A DNA stretch of 64,000 nt, taken from positions 1 to 64,000 of IMG/VR virus record IMGVR_UViG_3300036966_000119, one strand, 5' to 3'. Below the pieces are notes generated by a model. That model was not told the origin of the DNA, made no database searches, and was given only the letters and a program-made list of their open reading frames with translations. Shown one piece after another: positions 37,759 to 47,661 of the stretch. The stretch's first letter is position 1. Each line of letters begins with the position of its first letter. Both the position numbers and the translations under genes were made by a program. Source of the stretch: a virus (taxonomy: Duplodnaviria; Caudoviricetes).

Positions 37759-39660
37759 ATGGCTTCTCTTGCAAAAGAAAAGATTCTTAATACCGATATA
37801 AGTGGTATAACAAAAACATTTCTTGAAGAGATGTTTGCATCATATCATGATAAAGAAACAAATCAATTTCGGCAGTCTACCTTTGTCCCAACAGAAGTGA
37901 TTGATTTATCATCAAACGAATATAAGTGGGTAAAAGGTACTGTTACTACTACGACAGGAATGCTATTGTTTAATAGATACATTCTTGAAAGAACCGGTAT
38001 CATTGAACATCTCGGATATTGGAATACCCCTATTGACACAAAGGGTCTTAATACACTCACGGCAGAAGTTAATAACCTCGCTATCCTTGATAAGATAACA
38101 ATACAACAGCTTGGTGATTATATTGATTCTCGAGATCGTTTGGGCTTCTGGTGTGCATCTTTCTTATCAGTATCAATAACGCCATCACTTATTCGTCCAA
38201 TGGATAATGTAAACAAACGTAAAGCAGAATTATTTAAGCAATATGAAGCAGATATTAAATCAAACAATCCTGTTGTACAGACAATGGCTGTTAATAAGAT
38301 TGAAAAAGAATTGATGGGTATCGTTCGTGAGAATCTTAAACAGGATTCTGGTTATGATTTATACCGTTCTGGTGATGGTAATCTTGATAACAACTATAAG
38401 ACTATAAATGTTATGAGAGGTTCCGTATTCAATAACTCAACGAACAGGTATGATGTTGTTGAGAATTCATTGATGAATGGTGTACAAAAGAAAGATATTC
38501 CTGCGTTCGCAAACTCAGTGCTTGCTGGTGCATATCCTTCGGCCGTAGGTACTGCTGATGCTGGTTACATGGCAAAGATAATACTCGCACTTCTCCAGTC
38601 AGAACACATAGATCCAAATCCTAATTCGGATTGTGGTACTTCATCAACAATTCCACTCACAATAACAAAAAAGAATACAAAGTATGCTCTCTTCAGATAT
38701 ATCAATGATAATGGTAAGAAGGTTTTAACTGACCTGTATAATATCAATAACTATATCGGCAAGACTGTACAACTATATTCTCCACAATGTTGCGAACGTG
38801 ATGCAATATGTGGTAAGTGTGCTGGTAGAGTATTCCATAACCTGGGTGTTACAAACGTTGGTCTTCTTGTTACCCAAGTAACACAGAAAATGCTTAACAT
38901 CAAACTTAAATCAAAACACGACTTGTCACAGAATGCAGGTATCATTCCACAGGAATATTTATTCTTAGATAAGAATAACTTCTGTACCGTAGAGAATGGT
39001 ATAATGATAAATAAAACAAAGGTTAAGTTCTTTATTCCTCGTTTATTAGAAGAACTTGATGAATTCTCTCGTGAACCAACTGTTATTTCTTGTATGGGTA
39101 TATTCCCTGTTAAGTTCTATGATAAGGACGATAATGAGATTCTTTCCACAATGATGATTGTACCAGCATCATTGAATTTCAATTTATACAACGACGTACA
39201 GGAAGACATAGACAACTATATCATTACATATGATCCGGGTTCTGAGATATGTTCTCTTGGTATTCAGAAGAGTGTTGCTAATGTTGAATTTTTCATTAAC
39301 CAAATCTATCTGTATTCAAAGTCTCCTCAGGTGCCATATAATCTTATGACAGAGATGATGTTCCGTTGTCTCGATATCAATGGTATCGATCTCACTAGTC
39401 CATCAATAACATATGAACTTCTCGCAAGACGTGTATGTCGTTCAGGAGATCATTCATTTGCAACAACATTTGGACGTAATCCAGGTGTTGATCAAATGAG
39501 TTATACCAAACTCCCATTCCGTTCAGCAGTTCAACAGGCTGGTGTTCTCCAAGCAGTTCTCTTTCAGGATATAAGTTCTGGTCTCGTAAAAGGATTATCA
39601 GCAACATTAAATGGTAGAGAACCGGTTCCAACTCCATTAGAAATGATAATAAAAAGTTAA
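37759..39660 (+). CDS. Phage multisubunit RNA polymerase beta' C-terminal subunit
   Basis: TTTGMLLFN, bridge-helix-like GTADAGYMAK, DCGT, Zn site SP.CC....ICGKCAG, trigger-loop-like LKSKH; no DFDGD, consistent with split RNAP of phiKZ/AR9-like phages. Confidence 0.85.
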   Translation: MASLAKEKILNTDISGITKTFLEEMFASYHDKETNQFRQSTFVPTEVIDLSSNEYKWVKGTVTTTTGMLLFNRYILERTGIIEHLGYWNTPIDTKGLNTLTAEVNNLAILDKITIQQLGDYIDSRDRLGFWCASFLSVSITPSLIRPMDNVNKRKAELFKQYEADIKSNNPVVQTMAVNKIEKELMGIVRENLKQDSGYDLYRSGDGNLDNNYKTINVMRGSVFNNSTNRYDVVENSLMNGVQKKDIPAFANSVLAGAYPSAVGTADAGYMAKIILALLQSEHIDPNPNSDCGTSSTIPLTITKKNTKYALFRYINDNGKKVLTDLYNINNYIGKTVQLYSPQCCERDAICGKCAGRVFHNLGVTNVGLLVTQVTQKMLNIKLKSKHDLSQNAGIIPQEYLFLDKNNFCTVENGIMINKTKVKFFIPRLLEELDEFSREPTVISCMGIFPVKFYDKDDNEILSTMMIVPASLNFNLYNDVQEDIDNYIITYDPGSEICSLGIQKSVANVEFFINQIYLYSKSPQVPYNLMTEMMFRCLDINGIDLTSPSITYELLARRVCRSGDHSFATTFGRNPGVDQMSYTKLPFRSAVQQAGVLQAVLFQDISSGLVKGLSATLNGREPVPTPLEMIIKS

Positions 39661-39667
39661 TTATTAG

Positions 39668-39692
39668 AATAGCCCCCAATATGGGGGCTATT
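39668..39692. terminator. Bidirectional terminator
   Basis: AATAGCCCCC-aatat-GGGGGCTATT. Confidence 0.8.
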
Positions 39693-40785
39693 TGTTAATA
39701 ATAAATACATTATCTTTACATAAGAAATATCTATCGGATATTTCTTTCCATACAAGCTTATGCTTTATTTTGTTAATATGATTGATTGTTATATGAGACA
39801 TATTCATCTCTTTTAATTTGTATAAAACATTCTTTATGGATCCATTCATTTCTACAAGCAATTCACATATTAGGATTACTTCTTCATTACTCAAATATTG
39901 TCTGCGAATATGATGAAAATCCTCATAATTAAAATATTTGTCTGATATGTTTTTCCAACATTTTTTGCATTTTATGACGCTTATTATCCATCTATTTAAA
40001 AAAGGTATTTCATTTTTAAGAGCATTGTATACTTTTATTACGGAGCCATTATGTTGTTTAAGTAATATACATATCTTTTCAACTTGATCATTTGATAGTT
40101 TAGAAAAACATAAATCTTCTCCTGATTTACGAAGATTAACTAATATTGCATGATGTGTGTTACCAATAATATCAGTCCATTCAAGATTTTTCCAATAATT
40201 GTTACCAACATTTCCATTTATATGATTCACTATTGTAAAATCTTTTATAGTATTATTCACAAATGTAATGGCTGCTATCCTGTGTACAGCAACGTGTTGT
40301 TGTCTCTTGTCAACAGTCGTTAATTGCACACGTTTATATCCGTCTTTATCTATGAATGGTTTTATTAATCTATCACCCGATCTTATATTACCCCAAGAAG
40401 AAACGAAGTATCTGTTTGGAATAATATTTTTAAAAACTATCTCTCTCCATTCTTCAATATCTTCAATCCATTCTAAATTGGATAAATCAACATTACGTGT
40501 ATCACCATTGATATGTTTAATTGTGATTGGTTTATTCTCTAATTCTTTTGGAATGGGAATAAATGCTATTCCCAATAATTCATCTATTGGGAATAACATA
40601 AACAATGAATTGTTGATTCTATATTTTTCTTTCACAATTAACATTATAAAATCATATCCATTCGATGAATGATAATCCGCTGTTAAACAATCTACATCAT
40701 CACAATCTTTATTACGAACATAACCTTTGTTTGATATTAAATAACCATCAACAATCATTGGATGTTTTAATGGTTTCCATATCAT
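39688..40785 (-). CDS. Free-standing HNH endonuclease (tandem HNH units, two helical repeats)
   Basis: IKHINGDTRNVDLSNLEW and VHRIAAITF...VNHINGNVGNNYWKNLEW; paralogue of 271-1554; more AT-rich than flanks. Confidence 0.9.
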   Translation of the reverse strand: MIWKPLKHPMIVDGYLISNKGYVRNKDCDDVDCLTADYHSSNGYDFIMLIVKEKYRINNSLFMLFPIDELLGIAFIPIPKELENKPITIKHINGDTRNVDLSNLEWIEDIEEWREIVFKNIIPNRYFVSSWGNIRSGDRLIKPFIDKDGYKRVQLTTVDKRQQHVAVHRIAAITFVNNTIKDFTIVNHINGNVGNNYWKNLEWTDIIGNTHHAILVNLRKSGEDLCFSKLSNDQVEKICILLKQHNGSVIKVYNALKNEIPFLNRWIISVIKCKKCWKNISDKYFNYEDFHHIRRQYLSNEEVILICELLVEMNGSIKNVLYKLKEMNMSHITINHINKIKHKLVWKEISDRYFLCKDNVFIINK

Positions 40786-40817
40786 ATTTATTTCACCTTC
40801 TTATTTAATATTAAAAA

Positions 40818-40842
40818 ATATGGGGGCTTCACGCCCCCATAT
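40818..40842 (-). terminator. Intrinsic terminator
   Basis: ATATGGGGGC-ttcac-GCCCCCATAT with minus-strand U tract. Confidence 0.75.
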
Positions 40843-40844
40843 AA

Positions 40845-42104
40845 TTAAAAGTCATATTCAAAGTCATCTTCTTCAAGATCAGCTTCACGTGCTTCAATCT
40901 TTGCACGTATTGCTGCAAGCTTTTCCTGTTGGGCTTGGATTCTACGCTGTTCTTCATCGATACGACGCTGTTCTGCTGCAACTTCTTTATCGATGCGAAT
41001 CTGTTTACGCTTATCCAAGAATTCCTGTTTGAATATTGGTAAATGATCAAATACATTCTTCTTGAATGTTGCCCCTGCTGCATGAATATGTCCACCATGT
41101 GACAGAGCACCACATGTATCACCATATTCACGTGATAACCATTCAACAATATCAGCACAGTTAGCACCACCATTATCTTTCGAGTAAAATGTGTACCACC
41201 ATTTTTCGCCATCAAATGCGAATTTACATACTGCAGGTGATGCATCGTACATGTCCTGGAAGATCATTGAATTGCCATCTATACTATTTACACAAGCAAC
41301 ATAGTTGCCATTGATAACAACATAAAATCCAGAAGCAAGATTTCTTGCATTGACAGCAGTACAGTAGTTGAGTATAACTGTGCCATTGTTGATGATGTTG
41401 TTTATGAACTGGGCCTGACTGCGTGCATCAGACTCATCAAATAATTCAACCCATATCTGCGAGAGCGGGTGCTTGTTCTCAGTGAGTTTGAATCCCCATA
41501 CAAATGGTTTTGTTTCAACGATCTTTTGTTTCCAGATATCGTTATCATCAATGAATCTTAGTACCGTCGGTACAGGAGTTATATTTCTTTCAACAACGAT
41601 GGAGTTTCCTTCCTTGTCTATAGGATTACCCTTCTCATCAACAAGGCAACATCTGTTGCGGAGATTATCATCATCGAAATCGAATTTGACTTCATTAGGA
41701 TTCTTACGTCCCTCATCATTGAATATGTCAGCATATATCCATGTAAGCATTGCACCGGATATACCTGCCTTCATGAAAGGTGTATAATGATTATGATCGA
41801 TTTCGTCCTTATGGTCATTATAATATGCAATACCTGTTGCATGATGGTCAATATGTATAACATTACCACCAGAAGCAATTACATGCTGAACAAAATCTAA
41901 CACAGCTTCACACATAGAGATGTCAACAATGTAGACTGTCTCATTCTCTACTAATTCGGGATATCTCTTTGTGAGATCACTGTTATAATTGTATTCAATG
42001 AAATCCTTGGGAGAAATTACCTCCATTGGATTAATAAGATATGCTTTAACAATGTATGCAGCACATCTGCCGTCGTCATCGTTATGATGCAGAATCTTCG
42101 ACAT
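40845..42104 (-). CDS. DHH-family phosphoesterase
   Basis: HNDDDG, IVD, IDHH and GGHIHAAG (DHHA1) motifs. Confidence 0.9.
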   Translation of the reverse strand: MSKILHHNDDDGRCAAYIVKAYLINPMEVISPKDFIEYNYNSDLTKRYPELVENETVYIVDISMCEAVLDFVQHVIASGGNVIHIDHHATGIAYYNDHKDEIDHNHYTPFMKAGISGAMLTWIYADIFNDEGRKNPNEVKFDFDDDNLRNRCCLVDEKGNPIDKEGNSIVVERNITPVPTVLRFIDDNDIWKQKIVETKPFVWGFKLTENKHPLSQIWVELFDESDARSQAQFINNIINNGTVILNYCTAVNARNLASGFYVVINGNYVACVNSIDGNSMIFQDMYDASPAVCKFAFDGEKWWYTFYSKDNGGANCADIVEWLSREYGDTCGALSHGGHIHAAGATFKKNVFDHLPIFKQEFLDKRKQIRIDKEVAAEQRRIDEEQRRIQAQQEKLAAIRAKIEAREADLEEDDFEYDF

Positions 42105-42858
42105 TTAAATCTTTCTCCTTTTCAATATTTTTCAATGCAAATCGGTTTCGAGCACCTTCTATGATCTCTTCCCATTCTCCATCAGCAATGTCTTCGGTGA
42201 TATATGATTCCCATCTATTATCTGAGAGATACTGATTATAGAAGTCTTCATCAAAAGTAATATCATCAAAGATATAAGGAATCTCTTGCTGGAGATATAA
42301 TAACATTGGGATGAATATCTCTTTTATATGTGCATGAGCACCCTTTGCACATCTTAAAGTCAAGAGATTACGGAGAGATCTGATGTTGATCGAAAAACGC
42401 ATTTCACATGCTACTGATAAGTTCAACACGCTTCTTGCTTCCTGGGGCTGGCAGCCAATCGATAACATATCCTGGTAATATCCTTCGGATGCATTACAAG
42501 CCCTTCTCCACATGATCCATGCTTCAGAGTCCTTCTTGAATTCAATGGGTTCAATAAACTTAACACCCTTATCATACTTACAGTATCTGGTAGATTCTAC
42601 TGAGTATGAAGCATGACGGTGACGGGTGAGTTCTCTGAGAACACCCTGGTCAAGACGGAGTATAAATGAAAGTTGAACGTGCTCAAGAATGGATGTGTGT
42701 CCATTCTTGATGCAGCTCTTAACGACATTACCGAGATTCTCAACGGTCATCTTTCCCTCTGACTTATAACATGTTCTTGCAGCAGTATCTAACTCTGCAA
42801 GTATCTTTACTCCGTCGATTTTATGTACTAACTGTACAGCTGGTTTATATAAAATCAT
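42082..42858 (-). CDS. thyX: FAD-dependent thymidylate synthase
   Basis: GHTSILEH, RELTRHRHASYSVESTRY, EARSVL motifs. Confidence 0.95.
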   Translation of the reverse strand: MILYKPAVQLVHKIDGVKILAELDTAARTCYKSEGKMTVENLGNVVKSCIKNGHTSILEHVQLSFILRLDQGVLRELTRHRHASYSVESTRYCKYDKGVKFIEPIEFKKDSEAWIMWRRACNASEGYYQDMLSIGCQPQEARSVLNLSVACEMRFSINIRSLRNLLTLRCAKGAHAHIKEIFIPMLLYLQQEIPYIFDDITFDEDFYNQYLSDNRWESYITEDIADGEWEEIIEGARNRFALKNIEKEKDLNVEDSAS

Positions 42859-43739
42859 TCTGCAATCTCCTCCATTGTTTCATTATGAAGTGCACTGTAG
42901 ATAGATTCATCTTCAAGAAGACCACTTGAAATTGCATCATCATCATACTCATATGCCGTAGGTCTCATTCCGAGAAGTTCCATAGCCTTGTTACGTGTAT
43001 CAGTAACATCCTTTGCGGATACATATACTGTGTAACCGCCGTTACCAGAATCATTTACTACATCAACTGAGTCAACGGGATAGTCTGCTGTAGCAACAAT
43101 ATTATCTATGGCGAGACCACCCTCTCCTGCAGAAGCTTCTACGAGATAAATGGCATCGTCTTCAGCAAGACCTCCACCAACTTTTACACTTGTTTCAGCA
43201 GATTCATCAGGATTTGATGCGAGATCAACACCCGTCATGACAGGACCAGAAGAAGCAGAAGCAGAAATGAATCTTATTGCATCATACATTGTTATGTGAT
43301 GCAGTAAAGTCTTAGTGATGTTGTTAGCATCAAACAACAGAACCTGTGCAAGCTGATGATCTGTGAGACCTGCACAAACGGTTCTGTAGTCAATGTGTAC
43401 ATCATAACTCTCAAGATATGCTGAAAGCTGTTTGATACTGTCAGCAATGAATGCTTTAGCAATATCAGAATCATCAGTAGCTGCATTTATAAGGCCTGTC
43501 TGAAGCTTTACGAACTCATTCTCATTAGCCATCATCTGAGGAATATGAGCTGTAGCTCCACTCCAATCAAATGTTGTTGCATCAAGTTTAAACTCTGCAC
43601 CAACAGCAAGATTGATCTTGATACAGTTGTCGTTAGTTTCAAGAGCATCATCTGCATCAATGGTCTTTGTTTCCTCGACTGCTTCTTCCTTTGCTGCCAT
43701 GCCTGTGATGACAGAGTCCAGTAAATCTTTGTGATTCAT
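42855..43739 (-). CDS. Acidic hypothetical protein
   Basis: 294 aa, ATGA overlap with thyX. Confidence 0.75.
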   Translation of the reverse strand: MNHKDLLDSVITGMAAKEEAVEETKTIDADDALETNDNCIKINLAVGAEFKLDATTFDWSGATAHIPQMMANENEFVKLQTGLINAATDDSDIAKAFIADSIKQLSAYLESYDVHIDYRTVCAGLTDHQLAQVLLFDANNITKTLLHHITMYDAIRFISASASSGPVMTGVDLASNPDESAETSVKVGGGLAEDDAIYLVEASAGEGGLAIDNIVATADYPVDSVDVVNDSGNGGYTVYVSAKDVTDTRNKAMELLGMRPTAYEYDDDAISSGLLEDESIYSALHNETMEEIAE

Positions 43740-43847
43740 AATTATTTACTCCTTTTCTTATTTGGTTTATTCTTCTTTTTGCGAGTATCAGATACACGCT
43801 TAAGCACGTCTTCGAGTCTCAATGACTCAGTCGGGTTTTTCTTACCC

Positions 43848-44033
43848 TTATTCTCTTCCTTCATGTTTACCTCCATATTTTACCTCAGGTATAAGTTTAG
43901 GATGGTCTTTCGGATTATCCAACGGATCATAGATAGGTTCTTCTATAAGGGTAGAATCAATGGGTTCATCGTCAGTAGTAGGATCTAACCCAAGATGTTT
44001 ATCCCAATCAGTTGGTTTAAACCGTTTCTTCAT
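43848..44033 (-). CDS. Small hypothetical protein
   Basis: 61 aa, AAGGAG RBS; AACA-gttcat-TA upstream (44072-44061). Confidence 0.5.
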   Translation of the reverse strand: MKKRFKPTDWDKHLGLDPTTDDEPIDSTLIEEPIYDPLDNPKDHPKLIPEVKYGGKHEGRE

Positions 44034-44122
44034 GTTGTATCACTCCTTCACACAGAAATGTAATGAACTGTTATCAACGTTCATTCAATATAAAAATATA
44101 TGTTCAGAAAGAAGGAATTATC

Positions 44123-44551
44123 ATGTTAGAATTCTCAATCATCACAATCTCTTCATTCGTAACAATGCTTGATGAATTTGTGAAAACATTCACTAAGCTT
44201 GTTTTCAAGAAAGACATCTCCAAATATATTCCGATATTCTCGGTTGTATTTGGTGTTATTCTTGGTATCGTGGGATATTATATCCCTGATGTTGCTATGG
44301 GTAACAACATTGTTGAGGCAATATTCATTGGTATCTCTGCGGGTTCTGCTGCTACAGGTGTTAACCAGATAGGAAAACAGCTTAACAAAACAGACACACC
44401 TTCATTCGACCTTGGTCAGTTTATAGAAGACCAAACAGAAGTTATTGATGGAGTTGATGAAGACGAAGTCGAAGAAGAAGTAGACATCGACGGAACTGAA
44501 GAAGAACATACCGAAGAAGCATGTGATTCTTCAGAAGACGAAGATGAATAA
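44123..44551 (+). CDS. Putative holin with acidic C-terminal tail
   Basis: Hydrophobic segments, KYIPIFSVVFGVILG...GISAGSAATGVNQIGKQL pattern of Firmicute phage holins. Confidence 0.75.
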   Translation: MLEFSIITISSFVTMLDEFVKTFTKLVFKKDISKYIPIFSVVFGVILGIVGYYIPDVAMGNNIVEAIFIGISAGSAATGVNQIGKQLNKTDTPSFDLGQFIEDQTEVIDGVDEDEVEEEVDIDGTEEEHTEEACDSSEDEDE

Positions 44552-44566
44552 AAAAAATAACAGAAA

Positions 44567-44591
44567 TGGTGGGGGCATATAGCCCCCACCA
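44567..44591. terminator. Bidirectional terminator
   Basis: TGGTGGGGGC-atata-GCCCCCACCA. Confidence 0.8.
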
Positions 44592-44596
44592 AACTG

Positions 44597-44857
44597 TCAT
44601 TCATATGTTTTTGTTTTTGTAGTGTATGTAAATTTAATTACACCATCTTTGTAGACGGTGAATTCGGATGATAAGACATCTTGGTTTCCACCAAATGCCT
44701 TGATGATATTTTCAACGTAATGTTTTCTGTTCTTGTAATCAGATAAAGCATTTCTTTCGGAACGGGAAAGCTTTATCTCGGAATCAGATTCATCTTTTGC
44801 TGAAAGATATCCATTATTTGAGATCTCTACTGTTTTTATTTTGCTTCCTTTTTTCAT
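44597..44857 (-). CDS. Hypothetical protein
   Basis: 86-aa ORF with RBS. Confidence 0.6.
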   Translation of the reverse strand: MKKGSKIKTVEISNNGYLSAKDESDSEIKLSRSERNALSDYKNRKHYVENIIKAFGGNQDVLSSEFTVYKDGVIKFTYTTKTKTYE

Positions 44858-44894
44858 AATCCTAAATTCCTTCCCCTGAATAAATACTTAAATA

Positions 44895-45887
44895 TTATGA
44901 GAAATGATTAGATCTGCCATCTCCCCAGAAACTTGTATAATGAGGGAACTCAGACTGATGTGCGAAATAGTAATCTACCGCATCCTTGCAAGACTGTGTG
45001 ACACATGACTGATAGTAGTTAGTGCAGTATGAAGGATTGAACTGACATGGTGCTGTAATTACATTATAGATTGTTGAAGGATTACCATTTGACCATCCTC
45101 CATCACGTACTCTATTCATTACAACAGCTACGACACAAGCTTTATCGTATATAGAAACCCAGTCGCTACCGTATTCTCTTGCGACTGTATTACACAGATA
45201 AATGTATTCAGTTTCAGTTATACAATCCAGAGCAGAACCACTTGCTGCAGGTTGTGGCTGTGGTGGATTATAAGGAGTGATAATTTCAATATCCGGATTA
45301 CATTCCGAACATTTTCTACACTCTATTCCTTCAGTTGATGTTATTTCTTGACAATCTGAATTGAACCATCTACATGTATTCTTATGAACATAATGAGTTG
45401 ATGGCTTGTATACTATGTATTCAGAAGTTGGTTCAGTTGTATCATTATTAGATTCAACTGCATTGTCAACAGCTGCTTCTACCTCTTCAACTATTGTTTC
45501 TTCAACTTCAGTAACTCCAGTTGTTTCTGATTGAGAAGCAACAGTTGTTTTCCCGTCAGTAGATGTTGTTGACTTACTTGTAGATTTATTCGATGTTGTT
45601 GATGTCAATGAGGAGGATGTTGTTGATGACATCTTAATTGTCGATGTAGTAATAGTTGTAACCGATGATGAATAATCTATACTATTGGTATTAAGTTGTG
45701 ATCTATCATCAGCTGCATCAGATGCAGGACCAAAAGTATTTGATGATGTCAAGAATGTTAACATCATTACCAGCATCACTCCAGTTATGACACCGGCTAC
45801 TGATTTCTTATGATCACTGATCTTTTCTATTATTCTCTTACGGACAACGCCGTTATTTTTTTCCTCATTGAATTTGTTATTGTTCAT
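44895..45887 (-). CDS. Membrane-anchored SleB/Hydrolase_2-type cell wall hydrolase
   Basis: N-terminal TM, Ser/Thr linker, H...C/C..C..C metal module, LCNTVAREY, VVAVVMNRV, VI.AP.QF. Confidence 0.8.
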   Translation of the reverse strand: MNNNKFNEEKNNGVVRKRIIEKISDHKKSVAGVITGVMLVMMLTFLTSSNTFGPASDAADDRSQLNTNSIDYSSSVTTITTSTIKMSSTTSSSLTSTTSNKSTSKSTTSTDGKTTVASQSETTGVTEVEETIVEEVEAAVDNAVESNNDTTEPTSEYIVYKPSTHYVHKNTCRWFNSDCQEITSTEGIECRKCSECNPDIEIITPYNPPQPQPAASGSALDCITETEYIYLCNTVAREYGSDWVSIYDKACVVAVVMNRVRDGGWSNGNPSTIYNVITAPCQFNPSYCTNYYQSCVTQSCKDAVDYYFAHQSEFPHYTSFWGDGRSNHFS

Positions 45888-46175
45888 ATAAAACTTCCTT
45901 TCGTTAATTGGGGTTTGCTTGTTTACATGTTGGACCTTGTATATATATATATACCCAACACTTGGACCATCTGGACCTTTCTTGTCACGATTGTTTGTTT
46001 TATATTTACATACACATTTCGAAAATAGGATTATGTGGTGTACAACGGCTTTCGCCAATTTCCACCATATCTTATTGTTAAAAGTTAAATAAAATTATCA
46101 AACTCAATTGTAAAGAAATTTATCGTGTATCCGAGAACACGGCTATCTTTTTCTATTAAGAAAGGGGAAAATGTT

Positions 46176-46649
46176 ATGAGTCATACAGAGTTAATTCTTG
46201 CAATAGTTTCTACTGTTGTGGGTTCCGGCGGCATAGCATCAGCTATTGTGGCGTTGCTTAGTGTCCGAAAGTATAAGGCAGAAGCACGAATACTTGAACA
46301 GCAAGTGGACACTAACAGACAGGAAACCGAACAGAAGGTGAATGAATACATACGTACTCAATTAAAAGAATTATCAGATACACACAGAGCAGAGTCTGAT
46401 GAGCTCCGTAAACAAAACAGAGAACTTGGAGACAAGATTACTGTTTTGAATAATAAGATAAATCAACTCATGAATTGGATTATTGTTGATAATAATGCAT
46501 ATCGTTCTTGGTTAGAGAACGAGCTTCTGAAATTAAAACCAGATATTGAGTTTCCTAAGTGTAAACCAACACCTGGATTTATGGATGATTCGGAATCAGA
46601 TGAGAGTATAACAAATATTACAAATGTGGGGACAGCACCTGTCGAATGA
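46176..46649 (+). CDS. Membrane protein with coiled coil (possibly lysis-related)
   Basis: N-terminal TM (LILAIVSTVVGSGGIASAIVALL) then coiled coil; AACT-caattg-TAA upstream. Confidence 0.6.
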   Translation: MSHTELILAIVSTVVGSGGIASAIVALLSVRKYKAEARILEQQVDTNRQETEQKVNEYIRTQLKELSDTHRAESDELRKQNRELGDKITVLNNKINQLMNWIIVDNNAYRSWLENELLKLKPDIEFPKCKPTPGFMDDSESDESITNITNVGTAPVE

Positions 46650-46660
46650 TTTATTATTTA

Positions 46661-46686
46661 TATTGGGCGGCATATGCCGCCCAATA
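46661..46686. terminator. Bidirectional terminator
   Basis: TATTGGGCGGC-atat-GCCGCCCAATA. Confidence 0.8.
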
Positions 46687-46691
46687 ATGAT

Positions 46692-47009
46692 TCATTTTAA
46701 TATACCAGGATCCATGAAATCTTTTATCTCATTAAATTCATCATCAAGATCGAATTCAGTAGGTGAAGACTCTTTTGTTGCTTCATCTATTACTTTTCGC
46801 CGATAAGCTTCATACAGTTTGTCATTTAACCATGTGATGAATAATATATCACATGTCATTGCAACAATACCAACAATGACGAAACTAAGCCATATGTTAT
46901 CAAAGAATCCTCTTAATAGATAACCGATGTGTACAGTTGCCATTATAGACAATAGGTTTGTTAATAGTGTAACCATGCCGTATGTCTTTATAAATTTCCT
47001 GAAATTCAT
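46692..47009 (-). CDS. Two-TM membrane protein
   Basis: Start MNFRKF with AAGGAGG RBS; early-type motif at 47062-47083. Confidence 0.7.
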   Translation of the reverse strand: MNFRKFIKTYGMVTLLTNLLSIMATVHIGYLLRGFFDNIWLSFVIVGIVAMTCDILFITWLNDKLYEAYRRKVIDEATKESSPTEFDLDDEFNEIKDFMDPGILK

Positions 47010-47160
47010 ATTGGAACCTCCTTTTGTTGTATTTGATGAATTGCTGTTCAAAGATTCATCGCATATAAATAATATATATATATCAAAAGTTCGAATAATC
47101 CATGCAATTTATCTATGCTACCGAGTTTTGTATGCTACCGAAGGATTATTTGGAATCTTC

Positions 47161-47236
47161 ATATATATATTATTAATGTGAGAAAAGAAAGAATAGGTCT
47201 TTCAAATCTCTTTCCAAATTTAAAGGAGGAATAACT
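47161..47236 (+). promoter_or_regulatory. Early-type promoter + leader + strong RBS cassette
   Basis: TATATATTATTAAT.TGAGAAAAGAA...TCTCT...TTTAAAGGAGGAAT, matching 54541-54611. Confidence 0.6.
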
Positions 47237-47539
47237 ATGACTAAATATATCGATTTAAGTAAGAAAAAAGAATTTTCCGGAAGAGAAATAACAGACGCCA
47301 AGATTGGCAAATTCATCCGCATAATCAGAAATTCCAAGAAAGTCCTGGTTCCTGTTAGCCAGGTAAAAATCAATAACCACTCCATCTACAGGCTTGCTGA
47401 CGCTGAGAATGTCATAAAGATCTATCCCGGTAATGGGGTAGCAATGACAAAAGAGGAATATGACGGTATTATGAATCATGGAAAGAAAATAATCGATGAT
47501 ATGTTCGGTGATTTACTCAAGAAAACCGAAAACATATGA
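47237..47539 (+). CDS. Small basic early-type protein
   Basis: 100 aa behind the cassette. Confidence 0.7.
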   Translation: MTKYIDLSKKKEFSGREITDAKIGKFIRIIRNSKKVLVPVSQVKINNHSIYRLADAENVIKIYPGNGVAMTKEEYDGIMNHGKKIIDDMFGDLLKKTENI

Positions 47540-47630
47540 GATAAACAAAAAAAAAAGGATAAAAGAAAGTTAAGGGTCTGATCGACACAGATAGGCAATA
47601 CGGTCAGACGATAGAAAGAGAATCGCGTAA

Positions 47631-47648
47631 CGGGGGCAAAAGCCCCCG
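47631..47648. terminator. Terminator hairpin
   Basis: CGGGGGC-aaaa-GCCCCCG within extended AGAATC...GATTCT stem followed by T run. Confidence 0.75.
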
Positions 47649-47661
47649 CGAAGATTCTTTT

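Noticed and set aside
47575-47660. Possible tRNA or ncRNA after the 100-aa gene
   Set aside because: Two hairpins only, no cloverleaf or TTC-loop; best explained as terminators.
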